Positions 1 through 9,400 of a DNA stretch of 64,000 nt are shown one piece after another; positions within the stretch are counted from its first letter, which is position 1; every line of letters begins with the position of its first letter. The position numbers were made by a program, and so were the translations under genes. Origin of the DNA: a virus; the IMG/VR virus record IMGVR_UViG_3300031774_000001; one strand, given 5' to 3'. Below the pieces are notes generated by a model. That model did not search any database and was not told where the DNA came from. It saw only the letters and a program-made list of their open reading frames with translations.

Positions 1-1
1 T

Positions 2-871
2 TGTGGCAATAGGTCAGACCCTATAGCGTCAAAAGATTTACACGAAATTGTAGAATATTCTTATAGTAGAAATAGTAAAACTAAAATTGTTATTGCAACA
101 AACGGTGGATTAAAAACAACTGAATGGTGGAGTAAATTTGGCAAATTGATGTCAGATAAACAACATCACGTAGTTTTTGGTTTAGATGGATTAGAAGATA
201 CACACCACATATACAGACAAAGAACAAATTTTAATAAAGTAATATCAAATGCAAAAACATTTATACAAAATGGTGGTAAAGCAGAATGGCAAATGTTAAT
301 ATATGAACATAATCAACATCAAATAGATGACGCAAAACAAATGGCAAAAGAAATAGGTTTTGCTAGTTTTAAAGAAGTTTATACTCCAAGATTTTGGTCT
401 AAAGAAGGTCAACGATTAGAATTTAAAGTTGGTGATAAAGATTATCTATTAGAACCAGCTACAATAGAAAAAAATAAAATAGATAATAAGAAACTAGGAG
501 AACATTTTGACCCAAAGAATCCTGATAGAGATAAAGAGGCAGGTTATATTGAGTGTAAAGCATTAAAAATTAATGAGTTTTTTTTAGATTTTGATGGTAA
601 TGTATTGCCTTGTTGTTGGTTGGGTAATAGTTTAAATAGAAAAAATGAAACTTGGTTAAAAGATACTTTGAGATATGCAGATAATATGATGAATTTTTAT
701 GAGCCAAAGGTTATGAATGCTATTGATAATGATTTAACAGAAATACTTTTAGAGTCTATATGGATGAAACAATTACAAAAATCTTGGGATATAGCACCTT
801 GTAAGACCTGTGCTAGGTTCTGTAGTAAAAGGATAAATATTAAGAAACAAGTTAATAGGGAAATGTTATGA
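2..871 (+). CDS. Radical SAM protein with C-terminal SPASM/twitch-like domain (5' truncated by window edge)
   Basis: Frame is open from base 2 (CGNRSDP...IATNGG...VVFGLDG...YRQRTNF), so the gene starts upstream of the window. C-terminal C...PCC...CxxC...C cysteines. The CxxxCxxC motif itself is not in the window. Confidence 0.75.
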   Translation, partial: CGNRSDPIASKDLHEIVEYSYSRNSKTKIVIATNGGLKTTEWWSKFGKLMSDKQHHVVFGLDGLEDTHHIYRQRTNFNKVISNAKTFIQNGGKAEWQMLIYEHNQHQIDDAKQMAKEIGFASFKEVYTPRFWSKEGQRLEFKVGDKDYLLEPATIEKNKIDNKKLGEHFDPKNPDRDKEAGYIECKALKINEFFLDFDGNVLPCCWLGNSLNRKNETWLKDTLRYADNMMNFYEPKVMNAIDNDLTEILLESIWMKQLQKSWDIAPCKTCARFCSKRINIKKQVNREML

Positions 872-1608
872 GTTTAATAGACGCAATGAAATTTAGAGAG
901 AATATTCGTTTTTTTAAACAAGACGAATATCCAACAGAAGTAGAAATTAAAGCTTTAATTAGGGATGCTCACGAATTAGTTCCTCAAAAGAATAATATTG
1001 TTGAGTGTAATATAGATGTATATGGACCTAAATGGGCAAAGGAAAAAGAAAAATTAGTTTTAAGCACAATGTGTGGAGTGTCTAAAGAACATTGGCGTAA
1101 AGGTGGTAAGCACGAAGGTGATTATGATTTATTAAAAAAAATTTACGATAGATGGAGAAAAAAACAAGAGCGTCCTAGAGTTCATAGATATGATCCAGAT
1201 AATAATTTACCATATCCTGATATGCAATTTAATGAACAAGTTAGAGCGCCTTACTTACTAGTTTATACTCAAAGATTAAGACGACCATCCGAAGAGCAAT
1301 TAAAAAGAGGATTTCCAGAATTCGTTTATAAGTTTACTAAATCGGATGATGAAAGTTTGAATTGGTATATATCGGCTGGTATGCACGGAATTAGTCTTAA
1401 TTATTTGGCTGCTGATAGGGGTATATATGGTTCTTTTTGTAAATGTTTTCATTGGGATAAAAATAATGATACAGAAATATTAAAACCCGCTGAAAGAAAA
1501 CCTAAAGATATTGCTTTTATGATTGGTTTAGGATATAGAGATGAAACTGGTTACTATCCTAAAGAAACAAATTATTCAACATCAAGTGAGTATGTGAAAT
1601 GGAAATAA
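868..1608 (+). CDS. Nitroreductase-like (FMN-binding) protein
   Basis: N-terminal RENIRFF (RxSxRxF-like), P-x-KNN, later APYLLV, YLAADRG and C-terminal IGLGY. Confidence 0.6.
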   Translation: MSLIDAMKFRENIRFFKQDEYPTEVEIKALIRDAHELVPQKNNIVECNIDVYGPKWAKEKEKLVLSTMCGVSKEHWRKGGKHEGDYDLLKKIYDRWRKKQERPRVHRYDPDNNLPYPDMQFNEQVRAPYLLVYTQRLRRPSEEQLKRGFPEFVYKFTKSDDESLNWYISAGMHGISLNYLAADRGIYGSFCKCFHWDKNNDTEILKPAERKPKDIAFMIGLGYRDETGYYPKETNYSTSSEYVKWK

Positions 1609-1611
1609 ATT

Positions 1612-2319
1612 ATGAAAATAGTTGCTATTAGAATTGGTGATAAGTACGGTCCCGAATACGAAACATATCTACAAAACAAATTACCACAACACGAATTTAT
1701 TTGGGTAAGAGAACCTTACGATAAAAGAGTTGCTTTACAATGGAATAAAATGTGGGCAATGCAAATGGATATTGATGAACCTATTTGTGTTATTGACATT
1801 GACATATTACTTGTAAATGATTATAATAAACTATTTGATTATCCTGTTAAGAAAGGACAATTTTTAGCAATACCAGGTTGGTGGAGAGATAGTACAAAAA
1901 ATAGTTATAAAATAAATGGTGGATTCTTTAAGTATTATCCAAAAGAGTGTAAGTACATTTATGATAAGTTTATGAAAGATATAGAATACTGGCAACAATA
2001 TTATATCAAAAATGGGACAACAGCAGGGCCTGTAAATGGTGAACAATATTTTGTAGAAGATAGTGCTAATGAAAGATTAGAAGTTATTACAACACCTAAT
2101 AGTTGGTGTACTCGTTGGACATCAAATGAAGATGTAATTTATGGAAAAGATATGACAGAATGGCAAGTAAAAATTTCTCATAAGTATAGAGACCTAACAG
2201 GCAACCCATATATTTACCTAGACAAATTTCATCCAGATATTAAGTTAGTACACTTTACACACTCAATTAATAAACCTACAGAATGGAAAGATTATAATGT
2301 GGTTGCTACTTCAAAATAG
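1612..2319 (+). CDS. Glycosyltransferase (GT-A, GT8-like)
   Basis: KYGPEY, WNKM, DID (DxD), INGGFF, GEQ, VHFT motifs. Confidence 0.7.
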   Translation: MKIVAIRIGDKYGPEYETYLQNKLPQHEFIWVREPYDKRVALQWNKMWAMQMDIDEPICVIDIDILLVNDYNKLFDYPVKKGQFLAIPGWWRDSTKNSYKINGGFFKYYPKECKYIYDKFMKDIEYWQQYYIKNGTTAGPVNGEQYFVEDSANERLEVITTPNSWCTRWTSNEDVIYGKDMTEWQVKISHKYRDLTGNPYIYLDKFHPDIKLVHFTHSINKPTEWKDYNVVATSK

Positions 2320-2767
2320 AAAATACAAAACAAATGAAAATGGAATTGGCACCGTATGTGAAGTATGGATAAATGAAGATAAAGGATTGATTAAAAGATA
2401 TTTTAAATCTGATGGTATTACCGTATCTGGAAAACCAGTAGGTTCTGAAAATCCACCAGAAAGAATTAAAGAGTTATTTGAAAATGAAAAGTATTGGTTA
2501 GAAAAATTAAAAAGTAAATGGATACCAGAAACAGTTGAAATAGGAGATAATTATATTATACAAAAATATTATGGACCAGTTATAGGTCATAATGTAGATA
2601 AATGGACAAAACAAGAGAAAGAATTATTAGAATTTTATAAGAATAATAATTGCAATAAAACAAATCATAATGGTTGGTCTATGACAAATAAAGGAGAACA
2701 ATTAATAGGTTTTGATTTTAAACACGCATTAAAGATTAAAGGAGAACAAAGGATAGCTGTAGTATGA
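2297..2767 (+). CDS. Short protein-kinase-like fold protein (possibly degenerate)
   Basis: G-x-G...V, IKRY, FENE (helix C Glu), IPE, LIGFDF. Canonical HxDxxxxN not seen. Confidence 0.4.
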   Translation: MWLLLQNRKYKTNENGIGTVCEVWINEDKGLIKRYFKSDGITVSGKPVGSENPPERIKELFENEKYWLEKLKSKWIPETVEIGDNYIIQKYYGPVIGHNVDKWTKQEKELLEFYKNNNCNKTNHNGWSMTNKGEQLIGFDFKHALKIKGEQRIAVV

Positions 2768-3351
2768 TTTACACTAAAGAATGGGCGTTTATTCATATAC
2801 CTAAAACTGCTGGACTAAATTTTATATTAAGAATGGAAAAGAAACCAGAAGTTATAAATGCTCAATGGAATTTACAAAAGAAAACTGGACTTAAAGACGT
2901 GAATCATTTACCATTACAATGGTGGTTAGATAGAGGAGAATTAAACAAAGAACAATACATATTTACTTTTGTACGAAATCCATATAGTAGAATTGTTAGT
3001 CTATATAATCATATGTTAATTGAAGGACGTAATATACCAGGATTTAAAGAGTTTATTATGGAGGATATTGTACATACTAAAAATCCTCCTGGTTTAGATT
3101 ATGATTTTGGTTGGCCACAATATAAATCTATTGAGAATAACCAAGGAATAAATGTTAAATGTTATAAAATGGAAACAGAATTGCCTTTAGTTGAAGAGTA
3201 TATAGGATATATATTTACAGACACTAGATATAATGATATGCCACACGCACCTTGGCAAACTTATTACGATAGTGAAACTAAAGAAAAAGTAAACGAAAAA
3301 TATAAAGAAGATTTTAAAAGGTTTAATTATAATGAACACTTATCAATGTAA
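2764..3351 (+). CDS. Sulfotransferase family protein
   Basis: 5'-PSB motif FIHIPKTAG, 3'-PB motif FVRNPYSRIVS, C-terminal YKEDFKRFNY. Confidence 0.85.
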   Translation: MIYTKEWAFIHIPKTAGLNFILRMEKKPEVINAQWNLQKKTGLKDVNHLPLQWWLDRGELNKEQYIFTFVRNPYSRIVSLYNHMLIEGRNIPGFKEFIMEDIVHTKNPPGLDYDFGWPQYKSIENNQGINVKCYKMETELPLVEEYIGYIFTDTRYNDMPHAPWQTYYDSETKEKVNEKYKEDFKRFNYNEHLSM

Positions 3352-3931
3352 AGATGATATAATAAATGCAGATGAAAAAGGGCAACTTTTGTCTGAAGTA
3401 AAGAATATTAGTTTATGGTCTAATAAACTTTCTTACTATGCACCTAAAGATGATACTGGTACAGGTATAAGAGTAATGAAAGTTAGAGAAGATGATGACT
3501 ACCATCAAACAAAAGTATATAAAGAATTTATAAAAAATCAAAAATCTCCTTTAGAAGGTTTGTTTGAAAAATTGGTTAATAAGATTAATCCTAAATTAAA
3601 ATTTTTTGTAGTAGATTATATAAGGTTTGCACCAATGGATGATATTACTATTCATAAAGATACGGATACTGTTCCTGGAAGAGCGTCTTGTATTACTTGG
3701 CCGTTATATCCAGAGTTAAAAGATTTTTCTCCAGTAAAATATTATAATGATGATAAAACTTTTAATGAAGATGTTTATTATCAAGAAAAACCTTTGATTG
3801 TTAGTACTGCTAAAAATCATTGTTGTTTTAACGGTAGTCAAGAAGCTAGATTTACTTTTCAAATTTGTTTTTATGATCCAATAGAAAGATTGGCTGAATT
3901 AGACCAAAAAGGAGAATTGTTTAATGTATGA
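3332..3931 (+). CDS. 2OG-Fe(II) oxygenase-like protein (paralog of 4358-4870)
   Basis: HKD...H...R-x-T-x-Q facial triad pattern. Confidence 0.6.
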   Translation: MNTYQCKDDIINADEKGQLLSEVKNISLWSNKLSYYAPKDDTGTGIRVMKVREDDDYHQTKVYKEFIKNQKSPLEGLFEKLVNKINPKLKFFVVDYIRFAPMDDITIHKDTDTVPGRASCITWPLYPELKDFSPVKYYNDDKTFNEDVYYQEKPLIVSTAKNHCCFNGSQEARFTFQICFYDPIERLAELDQKGELFNV

Positions 3932-4361
3932 TTTAACAAATATATTAGTTGAGATTGAAACTTTACCTAAATGGGACGAGCAAATATGCTTACAAGGTAC
4001 AGAAACTAATAAAGACCCCTTTGCTGGTATTAATTCATTGTTAACAACACCAGAAAAAGAAATAGAATTTAAATATAATTTATTTGATTTACCTTATATA
4101 AATTCTATTATAAAAGAACATAATTTATATAGAGTTAGATTAATGAATTTAAAAAGTAAGACTTGTTATTCTTATCATCAAGACCAATGTAAACGATTTC
4201 ATATACCTTTAATTACAAATGATAATTGTTTCTTTGTTGTTGATGATAAAGTTAAAAGATATCCAGCAGATGGTAATTATTATATAATTGATACAGATAA
4301 AAAACATACTGCTGTTAATGCTTCTTGGGAAGATAGAATTCATTTAGTAGGTAATTTATGA
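3924..4361 (+). CDS. Asp/Asn beta-hydroxylase-like 2OG-Fe(II) oxygenase
   Basis: RVRLM...YSYHQD...RFHIPLITN...HTAVN...RIHLV. Confidence 0.75.
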   Translation: MYDLTNILVEIETLPKWDEQICLQGTETNKDPFAGINSLLTTPEKEIEFKYNLFDLPYINSIIKEHNLYRVRLMNLKSKTCYSYHQDQCKRFHIPLITNDNCFFVVDDKVKRYPADGNYYIIDTDKKHTAVNASWEDRIHLVGNL

Positions 4362-4870
4362 ACACATACCAATGTAAAAATGATATAATAAATGAAGATG
4401 AAAGAAAGCAACTTTTATCTCAAGCAAGAGGTTGTGATTATTATAATTATACAACTGATAAAGGAACAAATACAGGATTACAAGTTGTTAAACTACCTAT
4501 AGATGGTTTAGTTAAAAAATTGGTTAATAAGACCAATTCTAAATTGAAATTTTTTATAGCAGATTTTATAAAGTTTGATCCTAAAGTTGGAATTCATCCT
4601 CATAAAGATGACCACCTTGGAAGAGCTTCTTGTATTACTTGGGCATTGTATCCATCATTAAAAGATTTTTGTCCTATAAAATATTATAATGAAGATAAAA
4701 CTTTTAATGAAGAAGTATATTATGAAAAGAAACCTTTAATTATTACGACTAGAAATAATCATAGTTGTAGTAATGAAAGTGAAGTAGAAAGATATACTTT
4801 TCAATTGTGTTTTTATGATCCAATAGAAAAATTAGCGGAGTTAGACCAAAAAGACGAGTTGTTTATATGA
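4358..4870 (+). CDS. 2OG-Fe(II) oxygenase-like protein (paralog of 3332-3931)
   Basis: PHKD...NHSC...RYTFQ. N- and C-termini nearly identical to 3332-3931. Confidence 0.6.
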   Translation: MNTYQCKNDIINEDERKQLLSQARGCDYYNYTTDKGTNTGLQVVKLPIDGLVKKLVNKTNSKLKFFIADFIKFDPKVGIHPHKDDHLGRASCITWALYPSLKDFCPIKYYNEDKTFNEEVYYEKKPLIITTRNNHSCSNESEVERYTFQLCFYDPIEKLAELDQKDELFI

Positions 4871-5298
4871 TAATAAAAGAGATAACACACGAACAAGCAT
4901 TAGAGTGGATATCTAAACAAGATTTAGAGGATACTTGGCATACAGATTTTAAAGAATGGAAAAAACATTTAATTTTAGCAGCTAAATATTGGCCTTGGGT
5001 TAAAAAGTTTTATAGAGGTAAGAATAATTGGTTAGGGGCCTTTGATGATGAGTTATGTGGTGTTTATTGGTATACAATTGTTGAAAATGAAATGTATGAT
5101 GGTTTTTTAATATCAAGAAAACAAGGTGCAGGATTAAAATTAGCAAGAGAGTTATATAATAGAACAAAAGGTCAATGGAGATATAATTGGACAATGTGTA
5201 GTAAAGAATATTTAAAGTTTAATAATAGATTAGGATTTCAAGGAACACAATATGCTAATATTACTCCTTGGTATGAGGTATATTTACTATGGCGATAA
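4867..5298 (+). CDS. Putative GNAT-fold acyltransferase
   Basis: WLGAFDDELCG strand, RKQGAGLKL (motif-A-like), FNNRLGF (motif-B-like). Confidence 0.5.
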   Translation: MIIKEITHEQALEWISKQDLEDTWHTDFKEWKKHLILAAKYWPWVKKFYRGKNNWLGAFDDELCGVYWYTIVENEMYDGFLISRKQGAGLKLARELYNRTKGQWRYNWTMCSKEYLKFNNRLGFQGTQYANITPWYEVYLLWR

Positions 5299-6386
5299 AA
5301 GAGATATTAAGTTTTAATAAGATACATAGTGGCGCTGAAGAAGTAATATCTGCTAAGTCTTATGAGTTAACGTTTAAAGATGGCAAGGTATTAAAAGATA
5401 CAATGTCTGGTCTTTGGAACGTACCTTTAGGTTATTCTAATACAAATATAAAACAAGTTATGAAAGAACAATTAGATAAGTTGCCATATGCAAGTAATTT
5501 TTCTGGTTATCATAGTCAAATAACTGAACAATATGCTGATGAAATTTGTAAGAGAACAAATATGAGTAGAGTATATTTTACAAATAGTGGAAGTGCTGCT
5601 GTTGAAACAGCAATTAAATTATCAGGTAAGAATATAGCAGTATGTGGAAAACATAGTTATCACGGTTCTACAATATTAAGTGCTAATGCAAGTGACCAAG
5701 ATATTAATAAATTTTGGAAGATACAAAATCCTATGAGTGTTCATAAGTTTGAAGATTCAGATGACCTAATACAAATATCAAATGGTTTATTTGATTTGTC
5801 TTTTGTAATTATAGAACCTGTTGTGGGAGCGGGTGGTGTTTATGAGTGGCAACCTGAAATATGGGATATATTAAAAGAGTATCAACAAAGAGGTGGTGTA
5901 GTTATACTAGATGAAACAGTTACAGGTTTTGGTAAACTAGGTACTATGTTTGCCTTTGAAAAATATAATATAGAACCAGATATGATTGTATTAGGAAAGG
6001 GTATAACTAATGGATATTTTCCTATGGGCGCTTGTTTAATAAATGAAAGAATAGAAAAGTCAGTTAAAATGTTTAATCACGGTTTTACTTATTCAGGACA
6101 TCCTGTTGGTTGTGCCGCTGCTTTAGAAACAATTAGAGAGATAGATAAATTAGATTTAGAACATAAACAAATAAATGGTATTACAAGACAGTATGGTTGT
6201 ATGGGTGCAATAGATTTTGAAACTCCAAGACAATCATTAACATTTATTAAAAAAATGAGAGAGAAAGGTTATATCTTGGAAGATGGATCAGAAAACGTAT
6301 CAACTGCTGTATTTTGTTTACCATATGTCTTTCAAGAACACAACGAATTTGAGGAGGCAATAAAATGTACCATAACGGATATGTAG
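5289..6386 (+). CDS. Class III PLP-dependent aminotransferase
   Basis: SGLWNVPLGY, FTNSGSAAVETAIK, SYHGST, EPVVGAGG, DETVTGFGKLG, PDMIVLGKG (PLP Lys), HGFTYSGHP. Confidence 0.92.
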   Translation: MAIKEILSFNKIHSGAEEVISAKSYELTFKDGKVLKDTMSGLWNVPLGYSNTNIKQVMKEQLDKLPYASNFSGYHSQITEQYADEICKRTNMSRVYFTNSGSAAVETAIKLSGKNIAVCGKHSYHGSTILSANASDQDINKFWKIQNPMSVHKFEDSDDLIQISNGLFDLSFVIIEPVVGAGGVYEWQPEIWDILKEYQQRGGVVILDETVTGFGKLGTMFAFEKYNIEPDMIVLGKGITNGYFPMGACLINERIEKSVKMFNHGFTYSGHPVGCAAALETIREIDKLDLEHKQINGITRQYGCMGAIDFETPRQSLTFIKKMREKGYILEDGSENVSTAVFCLPYVFQEHNEFEEAIKCTITDM

Positions 6387-7180
6387 AAACTTTACCTGTA
6401 CAATTGCCAGAAGTAACTCAATTGATTAAAGAATATTTTAAAGAACATTATAATCACAATTATATTTGTAGATATAAAAAAGAATTAATTGAAGAATTTA
6501 TAAAAGATTTTATACCTTGGTTAAATAAAGGTCATTTAAAATTTAAAGGTTTAGAAGATTTTAAAAATGTTTATATAACAAATGGTGTTACCGAGTTTAT
6601 TCAAATTGCAATGGTTGAACATAGTTTAAGACCTATATGTGTTGAGGACGATTATCAAGCATTTAGTGCTAATGCTTCAGCTTATATTCGTTCAGGTATT
6701 AAATTAAATAATAAAATAAATGTAATTACTTTGCCCTTTTGTAAAACGGCAGACATACATCCTAAAACCTGTGAGATATTAGACACCCCTTGTTGGGTTG
6801 ATTTAGCTTGGGCAGGTAATAGTGGCATTAAAGAAACTTTTGATTTAAGTAAAGCTGAGTATGCGTCATTTAGTTTTAGTAAATGTTTTGGTGTGCAATA
6901 TCATAGAATAGGAATTTGTTTTTCTAAAAAACCTATAAAAATTATGGAATTACAAAAAGGATTTGAGTATGTTAATATAGTAGGTGTGGAATTAATGAAG
7001 TATATGATGAACAAAATATCACCTTCATATTTGTACGATAAATATAAGGATATAGCGCATAAAATTTGTGCTGATAACAATTTACAACCTACCAAAAACT
7101 TATGGATAGGTTTAGAAGATGGTAAAAGAAAACCACTAATAGAATACTGGATGAAATATTTAAATGAGAACAGCAAATAA
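6365..7180 (+). CDS. PLP-dependent enzyme, fold type I (class I/II aminotransferase- or decarboxylase-like)
   Basis: ITNGVTE, VDLAW (DxA), SFSKCFG...RIG (PLP Lys). Confidence 0.7.
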   Translation: MYHNGYVETLPVQLPEVTQLIKEYFKEHYNHNYICRYKKELIEEFIKDFIPWLNKGHLKFKGLEDFKNVYITNGVTEFIQIAMVEHSLRPICVEDDYQAFSANASAYIRSGIKLNNKINVITLPFCKTADIHPKTCEILDTPCWVDLAWAGNSGIKETFDLSKAEYASFSFSKCFGVQYHRIGICFSKKPIKIMELQKGFEYVNIVGVELMKYMMNKISPSYLYDKYKDIAHKICADNNLQPTKNLWIGLEDGKRKPLIEYWMKYLNENSK

Positions 7181-7931
7181 AGAATTTTTTGACTATACAA
7201 AAAGCCTTCCCTTCAAAGATATAACTCATTTTTGGGATATACCTTATAAGCAAATATTAGAAGAAGTAAAACTAGTTGATGAAAAACATTGGAGTAGACC
7301 TTTTAATGTTGATAATAATAAGGTAAAGGAATTAGGACTAGACGATAAATCAAGTCTTAATCATTATCCTGGATGGGATGGAAAGTTAATAGAAGCACAC
7401 GGTTGGAAAACTTTATGTATGCTAAATGAAACAGGAGATAGTACGGATCAAATTTATAATTTTCCACCTGTATTTAATACAGCAAATGATTATAAAAAAG
7501 GTTTAAAAGATTTTAAAGTTGAAAGATACTGGACAAATGCTGCTGAATTTTGTCCTACACTAGTTAAATTTTTTAAAGAAGTAGTATCAAAGTATATGCA
7601 ATTTGTTCAAATATCTGTAACCAGATTAGATGGTGGTGGAGTTATTACTGAACACAATGATATACCAATTGATAGTAGAAATCTATTAGAAAGTAAACAT
7701 ATGCATATGTATGATATGCTGAATACTTTTAACCTATGTTTAAATCACGTTGATGGTTGTTATGGGGTATTTGATAATAAGGTTATACCTGCTTATGAGG
7801 GTTGTTTAAGATGGACAAATATAGGTAAGCAACATTGGGTATTAAATATGAATAGACAGCCACAATATCAAATTATATGGAATGGAATTTATAAAAAAAG
7901 TTTTAGACGACTTGTAGAGGAGAATAAATAG
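7164..7931 (+). CDS. Asp/Asn beta-hydroxylase-like 2OG-Fe(II) oxygenase
   Basis: CPTLVKF, RLDGGGVITEHND (HxD), HWVLN. Confidence 0.65.
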   Translation: MRTANKEFFDYTKSLPFKDITHFWDIPYKQILEEVKLVDEKHWSRPFNVDNNKVKELGLDDKSSLNHYPGWDGKLIEAHGWKTLCMLNETGDSTDQIYNFPPVFNTANDYKKGLKDFKVERYWTNAAEFCPTLVKFFKEVVSKYMQFVQISVTRLDGGGVITEHNDIPIDSRNLLESKHMHMYDMLNTFNLCLNHVDGCYGVFDNKVIPAYEGCLRWTNIGKQHWVLNMNRQPQYQIIWNGIYKKSFRRLVEENK

Positions 7932-7935
7932 TAGT

Positions 7936-8634
7936 ATGGCGATTATAGACAAACACAAAGGTGTAAAAATAGACAAAGCATTTTCAGATAGACACGTGGA
8001 GATGTTTGCTTTCTTTGATAAGCACGGTATAGATGTTGAAGTTAATGATAACTTCAAAGATTTTCAACATTTTTTAACTCATTTAACAGCAGACAATTAT
8101 CCTTATAGATATGATGAATTTTTTAATGCAAGTAATTTAGTTGGCAATGATACTGCTTATGCATTATATTTAAAGAAAGATGATAAAATTATAGCTACAT
8201 ATGCTGCTAAAGAATTAGAGTTTTCATCTTTTTTTGGTGATATTAGAGAATTTGCAGGTGGACGTTTTGATAAAGTTACAGAAGATTTAAATGAAAATAG
8301 TTTTAGCAAATTAGGGACTTGTATGTATAGTTCTTGTCAATGGGTAGATACAGAATATAGAGGCAAACGTTTTGGTATGATATTAGACCATTTAAAGAAA
8401 AATATATGTTTTGATATTTTTGAAGCTGATATGAATTATGCAATTCATAAAGAACAATTTGCTGATTATCATATAAAAGGATTGCATTATGATGAAAGTA
8501 AATGGTTAGCAACTGTAGAAAAAGGTGATGTAGGTGGTGCAGGTGAAAAGAAAGATAAAGTTTACCATTTAACTTGGGTTACAAAAGAATCTTGGGCGAA
8601 TAAATTAAATGATGTTAGAAAGTTATATATTTAA
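7936..8634 (+). CDS. GNAT-fold / N-acyltransferase-like protein
   Basis: WVDTEYRGKRFG acyl-CoA-binding motif A. Confidence 0.5.
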   Translation: MAIIDKHKGVKIDKAFSDRHVEMFAFFDKHGIDVEVNDNFKDFQHFLTHLTADNYPYRYDEFFNASNLVGNDTAYALYLKKDDKIIATYAAKELEFSSFFGDIREFAGGRFDKVTEDLNENSFSKLGTCMYSSCQWVDTEYRGKRFGMILDHLKKNICFDIFEADMNYAIHKEQFADYHIKGLHYDESKWLATVEKGDVGGAGEKKDKVYHLTWVTKESWANKLNDVRKLYI

Positions 8635-9166
8635 ACCATCAGAATTACCACAACAATATCGTATTCAAATTAACGACATTATAAAAGATGTTGTTGAAAG
8701 TAAAACAGACCAATACTGGAAAAATTATACAAAGTTTAATCTTGATGAGCAAACTGCTATATCTATAAATTGTGATGGAGATGATGTAAAGGTTATATCA
8801 TCAATATATCATAGAAATTTTTATGGAAAAGATGTCTATAGATTAATGAATAGGAGTTTGTATTCTAAAGATTATAGAGAAACTGGTGGTTCTAAAATGA
8901 GAAATGGTGAACATACTGCCCACCCAATGATAGCACAACAGATAAATTTTGTTGAAGACCTTAAACCTAAATTCTATTTCATAAGCAGACAAAGAACAAA
9001 TACTAGATGGTTAAAGTATTATTTTGATACTTTTAATAAGGAGTATAATAGGAATTTGGTTGTTAGCGACCAGCAGTATTGGGTTTGTGATGGTAGTAAA
9101 GAGGGTTGCTTACAGACAATTATCTACCCAAAAGATATGGAAGTACCTTTGAAATCTTATAAATAG
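8609..9166 (+). CDS. Hypothetical protein, possibly GNAT-like
   Basis: Coupled ORF. RLMNRSLYSKDYR resembles a degenerate GNAT motif A region. Confidence 0.35.
   Translation: MMLESYIFKPSELPQQYRIQINDIIKDVVESKTDQYWKNYTKFNLDEQTAISINCDGDDVKVISSIYHRNFYGKDVYRLMNRSLYSKDYRETGGSKMRNGEHTAHPMIAQQINFVEDLKPKFYFISRQRTNTRWLKYYFDTFNKEYNRNLVVSDQQYWVCDGSKEGCLQTIIYPKDMEVPLKSYK
9158..9165 (+). promoter_or_regulatory. T4-type late promoter TATAAATA
   Basis: Exact gp55 consensus at the start of the structural region. Confidence 0.75.
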
Positions 9167-9196
9167 TATTATGAATAAATTAAATGGAGATATTGT

Positions 9197-9400
9197 ATGA
9201 TAACAATTGACGGAAAAGAGTATGATGAACAAAAGTTTAGTCCTGAATTACAAAATTACATAGCAGTAAGACAAGAAATTCAAGTAAGCAAGACTAGACA
9301 TTTAATTGAGATTGAAAAAATAGATGTTTTAACCAAGCATTATAACGAAAAAATAGTCAAGTTGATTAAAAAAGAAGTACCAGAATCCGAGAAAAAATAA
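9197..9400 (+). CDS. Small coiled-coil hypothetical protein
   Basis: SD GGAG. MITIDGKEY start followed by an amphipathic helix. Confidence 0.6.
   Translation: MITIDGKEYDEQKFSPELQNYIAVRQEIQVSKTRHLIEIEKIDVLTKHYNEKIVKLIKKEVPESEKK

Noticed and set aside
146-871. ORF-track start at 146 for the first gene
   Set aside because: The frame is open to the window edge with radical-SAM-like sequence, so the true start is upstream.
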